Shown here: piece by piece, positions 36,601-48,146 of the stretch
How the letters are laid out: each line of letters starts with the position of its first letter
Position numbering within the stretch: position 1 is the first letter of the stretch
NCBI GenBank assembly: GCA_002269645.1
Contig: NIVC01001621.1
Coordinates: forward strand, 1-64,000
Length of the DNA: 64,000 bases
Reading direction: 5' to 3'
Origin: Macrostomum lignano
Lineage: Eukaryota
Translations under genes and position numbers: made by a program
The notes under the pieces: model-generated
Seen by the model: only the letters and a program-made list of their open reading frames with translations
Told to the model about the DNA's origin: nothing
The model's database searches: none

Positions 36601-39600
36601 ACCTACAATGTTACCATCGAAGCATTTTGATCGGGTAAATATCTTTATACTAGACTTTCACTTACTAAGCATTGGGGGTGAATTGGGGGGTAAAAATCAT
36701 TGCGGGTGAATCTCGGCGGGCAATTCGTCTGCCGGCAATTCTCATCGACCCAGCCGAATTGCCATTGCCGAATGGTATGCCCAACAAGTGAATGCAGATC
36801 ATGGTTTCTACCATAGACGTTTAAATACTTTTACGAGTACATAAAAATACTTAGCAGATCAATCAGTGCGCAGACAATAGCGCATTAATGCAAGATAATT
36901 CATCTTTTAGTTTATGGTAAATTTGAAGTCTTCTCCACAGTTGGCTCTATCAGTCGGCAATGTGATAGATGCACGGCTTGATCTTGCAATAATGCCATAG
37001 ACAGTCAGACAATGTCAGACCATAGACCAGTCGGCAATGTGATAGATGCACGGCTTGATCTTGCAATAATGCCATAGACAGTCAGACAATGTCAGGCCAT
37101 AGACCAGTCGGCAATGTGATAGATGCACGGCTTGATCTTGCAATAATGCCATAGACACTCGTGCGCTAACGACTTGGAGCTACGACTCAGACTATTTCTC
37201 CATTAACCTTGGCCATTAACTTAAACTCTCGCTTCAGAATAAACCTTCCTATTAACCACTTCGCGCCCAAGCTTGGTTCCGCAAGATGGCTTAAAAGCCC
37301 AAAGGCCTGCAGAGCAGTCCATAGACAAATTTGTCTTTTTTGCTGAATCGAGTGCACACCCTAGAAGCCCAGAAGTAAAGTATATCACATAGTTTTTCAG
37401 CTAGCTCCTGTTCAAACCTTCCTACCCACAAATGGCTTTTACGCGGCCGAATAGGACAGCTAAAAGTGACGCCTTGCGTAGACTGGGACTCGATTCCGAT
37501 TCGGAAGACGCTTTATCAAGCAATGACTCGACGGTTTTTGAGTCAGAAACGGAGTCGGAAGGCATGGATCCAGAAATTGATCAGAGCCAAGATGAGGCGA
37601 CCGCGGAATGGGTTGAAGTAACCCCTGGAAATGACAACTCGTTTGACCACGACGGGGTGCCGGAATTCCGAGGGTTTTTGACCATCAATCTAAGCACTGG
37701 TCTACCAGAAAATCCAGACGAAAGTATGAAATAATTTTTATCAATCTTCCTGACTGAAGAGTTTCTCACCACCGTCTTGTCACATGGACCAATGAGCGAA
37801 TGTGGTTGGCTGTCAGGGAGTTCCAGCAGGAGAGTGCAGAAATGGCGAGGAAGAGAGCGAGAGTTGTTGTTGAGCTTAGCGGCGAAGTGCTGGGCGAAGG
37901 ATACCACAAATACACGGACGACTCCCTGCAACGGAAGCCCAGACTCGCCCAAGCAAACGATTCCGAATTTGAAACCTGACGTTCCAGCTAAGAAGACAGT
38001 ATTTTGCTGCAGCCAATGTCCCGGAAATCCTGGTCTCTGTCCAGATCCATGCTAATTCATCCACGCTTTATTTCCCCTTTAACATTTCCCATTTGAGTGA
38101 AAACACAATAGAAATGCACAATGGACGTCTTTAAATCAGTCATGGCCTGCACAGCAGGCCATACTGGGCACTTGCTTTAGTGATTGGGAGATGGTTTTTG
38201 ATGCCATAGACATTTTTCAATCTCTGGGTTTCTGGGCCGTTTCGGTATGGCCTGCAGTGCAGGCCTTTGGCTTCCAAATGGTTAAGCATCTCGCGATTCG
38301 CGAGTGGCATAGCGCCTTTCTGCTCCAGCTGTCTATGATGCTCAACTCACTGGACTTAGACTTCCTCCTGCAGACAGTCACATATGTATGACACGTCCAC
38401 TGTGGGGGGGGGTTGTGAAGCAAAGCCAAGCTGCTTGTCGGCCGGCTTATATTACAATCTTGCACACAAACTGCTGCAGCTTTGAGCGTGTCAAATCGCT
38501 AAGCAAACAAAGGAACCAGCAGTAACTAACGGAACGGGGCTCGCATCTTAGAGTCTGTAGGTAGTTTGCTTTTTGGCAATAATAAACGCTGCGGAGACGC
38601 CCACAAGCTACGAGACGCATCTGTCTTTGCTTTTTCCCCTTCTTATTTTTAGAGAAATTGCTTTTCTTCCCAGCAATGATAAGCTTCCTACACATATAGA
38701 GCAGGAGAAGAACCCGCGGGTGCCGGATCGCGCGCTGGTAGTTGCCTAGATTAAGGATTAAGGTTGAGAAATTTCCCCAGCTTCGTAATCCGCAGAGACT
38801 CAGGCAAGAGGGAGATTTCCCAGTCCGCATTTGCTGCTCCGTTCTTCTTTCAGAATTTTTCATTTTTTCGGTGTCAACTGTGCGGCTCCCCCGGCCGAGA
38901 CCGAAGACTAATCCTGAGGGTAATTTTTCTTTTGGACTGCTTGGATAAAGTGCCTTTTTTAATTAAGTCAGACTCAAAGCCGCTGCGTGTTTCAGCTGAT
39001 GGCTCAGCCCCGAATTACATGGGCTCAGACACAATCTATGATGGCTCAGACACAATCTATGATGGCTCAGACACAATCTCTTGTGATGGCTCAGACACAA
39101 TCTATGATGGCTCAGACACAATCTCTGATGGCTCAGACACAATCTATGATTGCTCAGACACATCTATGATGGCTCAGACACAATCTATGATTGCTCAGAC
39201 ACATCTATGATGGCTCAGACACAATCTCTGATGGCTCAGACACAATCTGGTGGCTCAGAGGCTCAGACACAATCTGATGGCTCAGACACACCCAATAAAG
39301 GCTGAGACACCTTTTATGTTGGCTCAGTCCCGATTTTGTTTTTCTTTATTAAATTTTTTCCTAGAAATGCCTGTAGAACATTCCTAGAAAAATAACACAG
39401 CTACTGGATCACGCGGCTGATTTGCAATTTCCGGTTGAGTAAAATTGTGAGAATTCCCAGAAAGAAATTCGAGAAAGTTTAGATTGACAGGTCGGCCAAT
39501 TCCGTAACAAAAGCCGATAAATCTTCAATAAACTGGAGAAATATCGCATACCAGGGACTACTCAAACATCGGGACGGGAAACTAGGCAAATCATGGCGAA

Positions 39601-42600
39601 GTTTTTACGATGCTGGTTTGTTAGCAGCTGACGAGGCTGGCTGGCTTATTTGTATAGAGCGATACTTTGTTGTCTATGGTTATCTTCTATTACTTGAAGC
39701 TTGTGACACCGCTATTTCGACTGCAGTCTACACCTTTTTACTTTCTATTTTGCAAAATCTGCACTCAATATTGACATCTTTGCATTCAATTTTGACAGTC
39801 TGTGATATCCCCATGAATGAATAATATAACTGGATCGCCAGAAGCTCGATTTTCTTGGTCCTAGCCATAGACAAGCACCAGCATCACAAGACGCTCAGAA
39901 TGCCGTACTTTCACACAGACAAATAGCCGCTCCAGGAGCTGCAAACCTTTATTTATTAGTATTCTATTTTATGTCCAAGCACATGCTCGCAATATATGCA
40001 GGGCGGCAAAAGATGGCTCCGCGAGATGAATAAGGACGTCAGAATTTGTGCTGCAATCGGATGCCTATCCAAAAGTGAACAAGGCACGAAACCTGTCACC
40101 TTTTTTTCTTATCCAATCGGTGATCCGTATCGACTAGCGCAGTGGAACAGCAATGTGGAAGCAAAGCCACATTTCAAATTCGTTGCTCTGCGAACCTTGC
40201 GACGTACAGGAAACTTGGAGCTGAGCTGCCGTCTAGTCCTTATTTCCAAATCTGTTTGCAACCAGATCGCATATTCGCATTCATTGACAACAGTCATTTG
40301 ATAAAGTTGGTGCGCAATTCGCTGGCCGATTTGGGAGTATTCGTTGTTCACGATCGCATCATCAACTGGCACTATCTGGAACTATTGCACAATCTGCAAG
40401 AAGCTGAGGGGGTTCGAATCAGAAATCGGCTGACAAAGAAATGCATTGAATTGTGGCAGCGACACAAGATGAAGGTCTGCTTGGCTGCACAGACAATCAG
40501 TTCGTCCGTCGCTGACGCTCTCACATTCCTAAAGGAGCTTATAAGTATACTAATAAATAAAGGTTTGCAGCTTCTGCAGCGGCTATTTGTCTGTGTGAAA
40601 GTACGGCATTCTGAGCTTCTTGTGATGCTGGTGCTTGTCTATGGCTAGGACCAAAAAAATCGAGCTTCTGGTGATCCAGTTATATTGTTCATTCATGGAT
40701 ACCCCTCGTTGAAATGTTCAACCTATTTTGACAAACTCAAATGCAATAAAGACGATTTTTAACCAAAAATGACAAACTTCAACCTTTATTAACAATTCGC
40801 AAGCAATTTTGACAGAAGGCATTCAAAAGTGACAGATTACATTACATTGCATTCAGGGACTACTTAGGTGTTTGAGTAGTCCCTGATTTCATAGCAAACA
40901 TTGAAATTTTCTCAGTTAACCGTAATACAGTAGCTAATCAGTTTGCCAAGTCGTATTACGTTCTGTGTATGGCAGGTCCGCGAGTCAACGCCAAAGTTAG
41001 CGACGACAACAGGAGGCGGTTAACAATTAATTAACCGGTTAACTACTGCCCATGAGAATGGTGACGACGGATAGGACTAGCCAGATTTTCTGCTTGTGTT
41101 GTTGGCATGTACTCGGTTGAGGGGGAGCGACGCTTAACTGCCCACTCACCCGTTTGTGCAACGAGAGTGCAGACATTCACTATTAACGGCCCTTACAAAT
41201 AGCCCTCAATGTTACCTTATATGTTTTATGAAATATTTTTCCAATGAACTTTCAAGTAAATATACACAGTTCATAGAAGCACCTGAATATTAAAATTCAC
41301 AGATATAATAAAGTATAATATTTATTAAAATATTGAAATAGCTACTGCTGCATTGACGCGGCCATAGATTTAACCAGCCTCGTAAAAACTTCGCCATGAT
41401 TTGCCTTGTTTCCCGTCCCGATGTTTTAGTAGTCCCTGTCGCATGGGTTCTATACGTAGGAGAATGACGTCACATTTCTGCATAGACTTGAATTGGGACT
41501 GCTTTTTACTTGTAAGCTGATTGTTTCTCGTAGCTATTAATGAAACTCGGCGCCAGCACTAAAGGCTTTTGCACAGGGGCTTTGGCACCAGGGGCTTTAG
41601 CACAAGGGATTATTAGCCCCAAGGGCTTTAGCACAAGGGGTTTTAGCACCAGGGGCTTTAGCACCAGGGGCTTTAGCACCAGGGGCTTTAGCACCAGGGG
41701 CTTTAGCACCAGGGGCTTTAGCACCAGGGGCTTTAGCACCAGGGGCTTTAGCACCAGGGGCTTTAGCACCAGGGGCTTTAGCACCAGGGGCTTTAGCACC
41801 AGGGGCTTTAGCACCAGGGGCTTTAGCACCAGGGGCTTTAGCACCAGGGGCTTTAGCACCAGGGGCTTTAGCACCAGGGGCTTTAGCACCAGGGGCTTTA
41901 GCACCAGGGGCTTTAGCACCAGGGGCTTTAGCACCAGGGGCTTTAGCACCAGAGGCGCCAGCACCAGGGGCTTTAGCACCAGGGGCTTTAGCACCAGGGG
42001 CTTTAGCACCAGGGGCTTTAGCACCAGGGGCTTTAGCACCAGGGGCTTTAGCACCAGGGGCTTTAGCACCAGGGGCTTTAGCACCAGGGGCTTTAGCACC
42101 AGAGGCTTTAGCACCAGGGGCTTTTGCACCAGGGGCTTTAGCACCATGCAGGGGCTTTAGCACCAGGGGCTTTAGCACCAGGGGCTTTAGCACCATGCAG
42201 GGGCTTTAGCACCAGGGGCTTTAGCACCAGGGGCTTTAGCACCAGGGGCTTTAGCACCAGGGGCTTTAGCACCAGGGGCGCCAGCACCAGGGGCGCCAGC
42301 ACCAGGGGCGCCAGCACCAGGGGCGCCAGCACCAGGGGCGCCAGCACCAGGGGCTTTAGCACCAGGGGCGCCAGCACCAGGGGCGCCAGCACCAGGGGCG
42401 CCAGCACCAGGGGCGCCAGCACCAGGGGCTTTAGCACCAAGGGCGCCAGCACCAGGGGCTTTAGCACCAGGGGCTTTAGCACCAGAGGCGCCAGCACCAG
42501 GGGCGCCAGCACCGGTGGCGCCAGCACCAGGGGCGCCAGTATGAGGTACAGAGACGATTGTCTATTGAGAGTTAAATTAATTTTTAAATACTACAAGACA

Positions 42601-43654
42601 ACGCAAGCAAGCAAAGTTCCGGCAAAATTTCAGTTGTTCCTGTCTTGCTGTAGTGTATTGTTTCTAAACCAAAGTTGTCTACAGCCAAAGCCCATTCAGC
42701 GCTGCGCAAGACAGCGAATCTTTGCTTAGAAAAAGTGCAAAAAAAACTGAAAGCTTCCTAATCTCGGTAATGCATTTTACAGCCAAAATCTTCACCTGCT
42801 GCGAGCAGTCGCGAGCTGAGCTGCAGGTCACCCGATGGACCGCCGCGGCCGCCACCAGCTCCGGCGCCGCCGCGATGTACCCGCAGCGTGACGGTGTCAG
42901 ACGCAGTGGCATGCGAGGCATTGGAGGAACCGTGGCCGGTCGCTCGAGTCGTCTTGACCCCGGAGGCGAGGAAGCGAGTCTGGCGCGCCGCCGCCTGGTA
43001 GACCCGGATGTAGAAGAACACGACAATGCCAAGCGGCAGATAGAACGAGAACAGCGAGGAGAACATAATGTAGGACGGATTGTCGGACACCGCGCACTGC
43101 TGGTGATCGCCGTCTGCTGCCTGCTGCTGCTGCTGGTCTCGCCAGCCAATAAGCGGGCCGACTGACACGAGGCCTGACAGCAGCCAGACGCACAGGACAA
43201 TGACGCAGGCCCGGCGCTTGCTGACAATACGGCCCCTCTGCAGCGGCCGGGTCACTCCGACGTAGCGATCCATTGAGATGGCGCACAGCGACATGATGCT
43301 GGCGGTGCAGCACAGCACGTCAATTGAGGCCCACAGGTCGCAGAGCAGCGGCCCGAACAGCCAGCAGCCGTGGGTAATCTCCAGCACGCTGCTCAGAGGC
43401 AGAACGCAGGCGCCTAGCAACAGGTCAGCAACGGCCAGGTTAGAGACAAAGATGACGGTGGTAGAGCGCAGCGATGTGTGCAGCAGGACAGCGAGAAGTA
43501 CCAAGGAGTTGCCGAAGACCGTGGCAAACGAGATCAATCCCAATGCAAGCGCGGTGGCCAATGACCACCTGTCTAGCTGGAGGCTGTCAGAGCAGCTGCT
43601 GTTTTCGCTAGAATTCGCCATAGCTGTACTGACCATAGAATTAGAGCTCTCCAT
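33368..43654 (-). CDS. Class A aminergic GPCR, alpha1-adrenergic/octopamine-alpha-like, 3 exons, 408 aa
   Basis: Exons 42796-43654 (TM1-5), 33993-34100 (TM6), 33368-33627 (TM7); phases 1/1; 1227 nt. Motifs: GN in TM1, [14 protein letters not shown] with the amine-binding Asp, [45 protein letters not shown]. Confidence 0.93.
33993..34100 (-). CDS. GPCR exon 2 (TM6)
   Basis: tttcag acceptor; [35 protein letters not shown]; gtgagt donor. Confidence 0.92.
34313..34765. repeat. 21-bp minisatellite in GPCR intron 1
   Basis: Unit cctccggcctgccccaacacc; a related short array at 33710-33830 lies in intron 2. Confidence 0.96.
35015..35297 (-). mobile_element. tRNA-derived SINE, about 280 bp
   Basis: Minus strand begins ggttgtagcctagtggttaa (A box) and has ggttcgattc (B box), then a body with agcaagacactt..cacccagctgtaaaatgggtgccagc. 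Other copies at 19205-19376, 43826-44060, 51281-51418. Confidence 0.85.
35680..36150. repeat. Degenerate aacct/aaccct-rich low-complexity array
   Basis: Units such as taacctaaatccc; telomere-like but not pure TTAGGG. Confidence 0.85.
36952..37156. repeat. Three tandem copies of a unit of about 75 bp
   Basis: cagtcggcaatgtgatagatgcacggcttgatcttgcaataatgccatagac repeated. Confidence 0.92.
37256..38281 (+). mobile_element. Internally deleted piggyBac-like element
   Basis: TTAA at 37252-37255 and 38282-38285 with imperfect CCA termini; acidic N-terminal ORF 37432-37734 followed by [11 protein letters not shown]; C-terminal [17 protein letters not shown] cysteine-rich domain; no DDD core. Confidence 0.75.
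39020..39290. repeat. 21-22-bp minisatellite
   Basis: Unit gatggctcagacacaatctat. Confidence 0.93.
39552..41438. mobile_element. Non-autonomous TIR element (CAGGGACTACT termini) hosting the P-like insert
   Basis: About 65-bp TIRs at 39552 and ending 41438; flanks tcgcatac and tcgcatgg (6/8 match). Confidence 0.75.
39812..40697 (+). mobile_element. Internally deleted P-element (THAP9-like transposase remnant)
   Basis: About 150-bp TIRs with CATG termini; TSD gatatccc/gatacccc; partial THAP (ICAAIGC...TFFSYP...W) and transposase core ([15 protein letters not shown]; [33 protein letters not shown]). Confidence 0.88.
41575..42540. repeat. 15-bp minisatellite, about 64 copies
   Basis: Unit gcaccaggggcttta switching to gcaccaggggcgcca. 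Confidence 0.97.
42796..43654 (-). CDS. GPCR exon 1 (N-terminus, TM1-TM5, ICL3)
   Basis: ORF 42758-43654; N-glycosylation NSS sites; donor cag|gtgaag at 42796. Confidence 0.93.
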
Positions 43655-43825
43655 TGTTCAGTTGGAAGTAGAGGTGTTATAATCTCTAGTCAGTGAATTC
43701 CAAACCAGTTTTGTAGTTAAAGATCATGCATCCTCCAAACCCAGACTAATGCTGATTTGCTGAGCCTCTGGCTTAACCAATCGTTGAGAAGTTATCTAAA
43801 GGACTAACTAACTGCCCTAATGGTA

Positions 43826-44060
43826 TTGAAGGCTGCGTACGGCTGTTCAGTCCAGGGACTGAGTGGGGAGGGGGGGGGGGTAGCCACACACCCTCAATTA
43901 CCCCAGCTAATGCTGGCACCCTTTATACAGCTGGGTGAACTGAAGCAATGCTGAGTTAACTGTCTTGCTCAAGGACACAAATTGTTCCGAGTGAGTCGAG
44001 AATCGAACCCGGGACAGCTTTCAGTCGCGAGTCTGACGCTCTAACCACTAGGCTAAAACC
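43826..44060 (-). mobile_element. tRNA-derived SINE copy upstream of the GPCR ATG
   Basis: Homologous to 35015-35297. Confidence 0.83.
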
Positions 44061-44595
44061 CGTACCACAGAACAATTACATCTAGATTTGCTGTTTTGCA
44101 CAGCACTGAATGGTTTGGCCACAGACAAATTGGGTCTAAAAGAATGCACTACAGACACGGATGAAGGAAAAGAAAGGATCGCTCATCTGAAAGCGAGTCT
44201 ATGGCCAAAACCTACTAAAAATTGGGGCATTCCCCCATGAATTTCATTGGCTGCTGGAATTTAATAATAGTCCCCTCTGATTTTCCCATTAACGCCCTTA
44301 AAGCATGGGTATTACTATATTGTGCCATAGACATTGCGTCCTTGACAAAGTGGGACAAAATTAGCGGGCAGTTAACGATATTAACTGCCCGCTAATTTGC
44401 ATTAGAGTAAGTGTGAAATAGACAATCGGGCGTTAAATGTCATTAACTGCCCGCTAATTTGCATTAAAGTAAGTGTGACTCCTGCAAGCGGGCTTAAATG
44501 TAGTTTATGGCATTAAAAGGCAAGAATAAGTGCCCAGCGGGCACAAAGGTCATGGTACAAAAGTGCGATAAGTTATAGACTGAAGCTGTGGTTGC

Positions 44596-44889
44596 CATGG
44601 ATGAATAATATAACTGGATCGCCAGAAGCTCGATTTTTTTGGTCCTAGCCATAGACAAGCACCAGCATCACAAGAAGCTCAGAATGCCGTACTTTCACCC
44701 TGCATATATTGCGAGCATGTGCTTGGACATAAAATAGAATACTTATAAATAAAGGTTTGCAGCTTCTGCAGCGGCTATTTGTCTGTGTGAAAGTACGGCA
44801 TTCTGAGCGTCTTGTGATGCTGGTGCTTGTCTATGGCTAGGACCAAAAAAATCGAGCTTCTGGCGATCCAGTTATATTATTCATCCATG
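44596..44889. mobile_element. 294-bp MITE derived from the P-like element
   Basis: Same TIRs as 39812-40697; perfect 8-bp TSD gtggttgc (44588-44595, 44890-44897). Confidence 0.92.
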
Positions 44890-45915
44890 GTGGTTGCTGA
44901 ATAACAAGCCCCTGCGTCATATAAAACACTACATGTACTTCAGTGGGAAGTGCAGAACATTGCCACATATACCAACTAGCAGTTTAGGGTGTAAAAATTG
45001 TACATATTCATACAGGAAGGATGAAATATCCAAATTGTATGTTATACAGTGTAAATTATCTCCTGGCACTTGGGACACAACTTGTTGCATAATTATACCA
45101 ATTTTGGCGATTTTACATAACTCGTACTTAATTGGCCTGACCTCGATGCTTTAAATGTACGAGTATAGATGCATAAATTGTTAAACAGTGTTACATCTGG
45201 AAGCAATTTGGATATTTAGAAACAATCCGCAAGCACTAATCATTAAATAAGTTCAAGCTCCAACTTCGTTCATTATCCCGGACGCTTGACTGTTGACTGT
45301 TGCGCCACCGTGACCCCTGGTACAATTGTGAACAACAATTTGGCCAGGGGTTTTCGTGTGATTGACAACCAGCCGTGATTAAAAATTCAATAGATCAATA
45401 AATTCAATATAGTGGTGTGTTCGATAGATCGTTGAAGGCAAAAATTGTTATTTATTTTTAACTCTATCAAAAGTTGCGAGCTGCTTTTCTTTGGTTCGAC
45501 TGTGCCATCCTACAAAAATCCCATCACTTTTGGATTTCGGTTCAAGCGAGAGAAGGAGAGTCCCGATACGATCACCAGTGCGGCATATGCAAGACTGGCA
45601 GCAACAGCTGTTGAAGTTTGTTCAGCCGCGATCTGTGCCGTTAAAAAAGCAACACAAGACAACAACGGTTTCACGCTCTCTGTTGACCTGAACAGCGGCG
45701 TTCGTGCAGCAGACCAAAGGATGGAATGGTGCTTTGACACGTTTCCACGGCACAACACGGACACTGAAGACTGCCGGCATAAGAGATGCACAAGTTTTGC
45801 ACAGGATAATCCTGCTGAATATGTTGATTCCAAGTTAAGCAGAGTTGGTGGCGGTTAGTACGCCAGCCGAACCAGATTGAACAAGCGGCAACTTAAGCTG
45901 AGTGATAAAGAACAG

Positions 45916-45984
<69 letters not shown>

Positions 45985-45985
45985 C

Positions 45986-46022
<37 letters not shown>

Positions 46023-46023
46023 C

Positions 46024-46060
<37 letters not shown>

Positions 46061-46061
46061 C

Positions 46062-46136
<75 letters not shown>

Positions 46137-46181
46137 CATCTATCTATTTATCTTTCTATCTATCTATCTATCTATCTATCC

Positions 46182-46212
<31 letters not shown>

Positions 46213-46213
46213 C

Positions 46214-46248
<35 letters not shown>

Positions 46249-46390
46249 CATCTATCTATCTATCTATCCATCTATCTATCTATCTATCTATCCATCTATC
46301 TATTTATCTGTCTGTCTGTCTATCTAACTATCTATCTATGTACGAGTATCTACTTATCTGTCTATCTATCTACCTACCCATCTATCTACC
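45916..46390. repeat. (TCTA)n microsatellite
   Basis: Seen directly. Confidence 0.98.
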
Positions 46391-47134
46391 TACCCATCTA
46401 TCTATCTAAACATCCAACAATATTTCAAGCCCACAAGTTTTGATCCCTCAAAGCTTGTAGAAGAAGCAACAATGAAGCAGCAAAGACACAAAAATGGAAA
46501 TGAAAAAAACAAAACTCGAATTCGGAATAAAACAAGGGGCGGTCTAACAATCCTTTTTATATATCGATTTTGTGTAGAAACTCGAAACAGTCTGACAAAA
46601 CTAATAAGTGTTTTCTGCTACCGTAGACTGTAGTTAGATCAATTTGTGAAATTTGCGGAAAAAAACTGTGGGACTGACGGACGATCAGCTATGAGAATTT
46701 GACAGGGCTACATAGTGCAGAAAAATCAGTGTACTCTTATGTAACGCCTAAATTTTGACAGATGAAATAAAATGTGGTTATTTTTAGCAACCTATTGCCA
46801 GGCAATGTCTGGGATAAAAAACAATAATAGAAATTTGTTTAAAACCGGGTAAACACTATTAGGCAGTATAGAAAACCTCAACAAGAAAAGGTGAATTTTA
46901 GACTCGTACTGAATAAATAACACAGAAATAGTAGAGCACAATGTACTTTTATTTGTCACTGTTGTAAGCTACTTTCAGTTCAGTAGTAAGTTACAATGTC
47001 AACCCTAATTAATGCACACTACCAACTGCACTAATTAGCAATCAGGTAAGCCACTCCTTAATGCTGCTTCACTTTTTATTAAAAATTAGCTTACATATTC
47101 TTACCTACTACTGAACTGAAAGTCTAGCTACTAA

Positions 47135-48146
47135 TTAATCGTTGCGGTTAAGCCAGACCCACAGCAGGCCAGCGTGTCGGCACAGCAGTCGCTTGTCGAA
47201 GCGGTCAAACACGCCCACGTACTCGTCCGAGATGTCGCCGAGTTCGCACAACGGATAGTCCGACAGGGCGGTCTCGCTGCGCAGGTCCAGCGCCAGCAGC
47301 TGGTGAAGACGCTCGCTAAGCAGATCCCGCCTGCCCGACATGCCGCTGGGCAGGGGCGAATCCGGTGACGCGATCGGCAGCTGACGCTCGCCCCGACAGG
47401 CGTCGGGCAGGCAGTGCTCAAGCATGCCGGCATTGAGCAGCAGCTGCCAGCGCAGCCGGTCCAGACGCAGCCAGAGAGCCCGGGCGTCGGTGACGCGAGC
47501 GGCGCGTAGGCAATCCGGCAAGCCGTTAGCAGCGCCGGAATCAGCTGACGAAGTCGACGGCATGCGAAGCACCTCGGCAGAGAAGCGGCTGAGCTCTAGG
47601 CTGGCGGGAGACTCCGGCTGCATGACGCAGAGGAACTTGATAACGGTGAGCAGAGTGTCCTCAACTAGGCCGGTAACTGTGGCCAGGTCGGAGCCGAGGC
47701 CGTTCAACAGGTCCTGCTCAAGGCCGAGGTCCAGCCGCTCCGACTGGCCGGGCGCGCAGCGCCGGAGTCTATCAAGCAGCTCCTTGACGTTGAACTCCTC
47801 CTTGTAGATGATCAGCCTGGGATGGCCAACAATTCGGCGACGCCCGCGAAGGCACCGATCGGCTAGCTGGGTCTGCAGGCCGGTGAAATTGTATTCAAGC
47901 CGGCCGCCTTCGCCTACCCGCAGCGAATAGGCGGCGTTGCCTAGCAACAGCGGCAGCAGGTCGCGTTCAGCGTCGTAAGTGATCACAGCCGACTGTGTCA
48001 AGCCGCTCTCGCCTTCGCCCTCGCCAACAGCGCCGAGATCTACGGGTTCGGCAATCTCCGGGCCCAAGTTGGCCAGCTCTAGCAGGCGGTTCTGTGTGTC
48101 AGCCAGGAGCTGCATCAGCGCCACTATACAGCGGCCCCACTGGCGC
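47135..48146 (-). CDS. RNF213: RNF213-like last exon (C-terminal domain)
   Basis: VITYDAERDLLPLLLGNAAYSL...YNFTGLQ; TAA at 47135-47137; minus-strand AATAAA at 47075-47080. Confidence 0.88.

Noticed and set aside
44359-44397. 17-bp-stem hairpin as a terminator
   Set aside because: Intrinsic terminators are not relevant in this eukaryotic context; likely part of an undefined repeat.
45445-45858. GC-richer island with ORFs on both strands between the GPCR and RNF213
   Set aside because: No recognisable motif or splice structure; may be a transposon fragment but cannot be supported.
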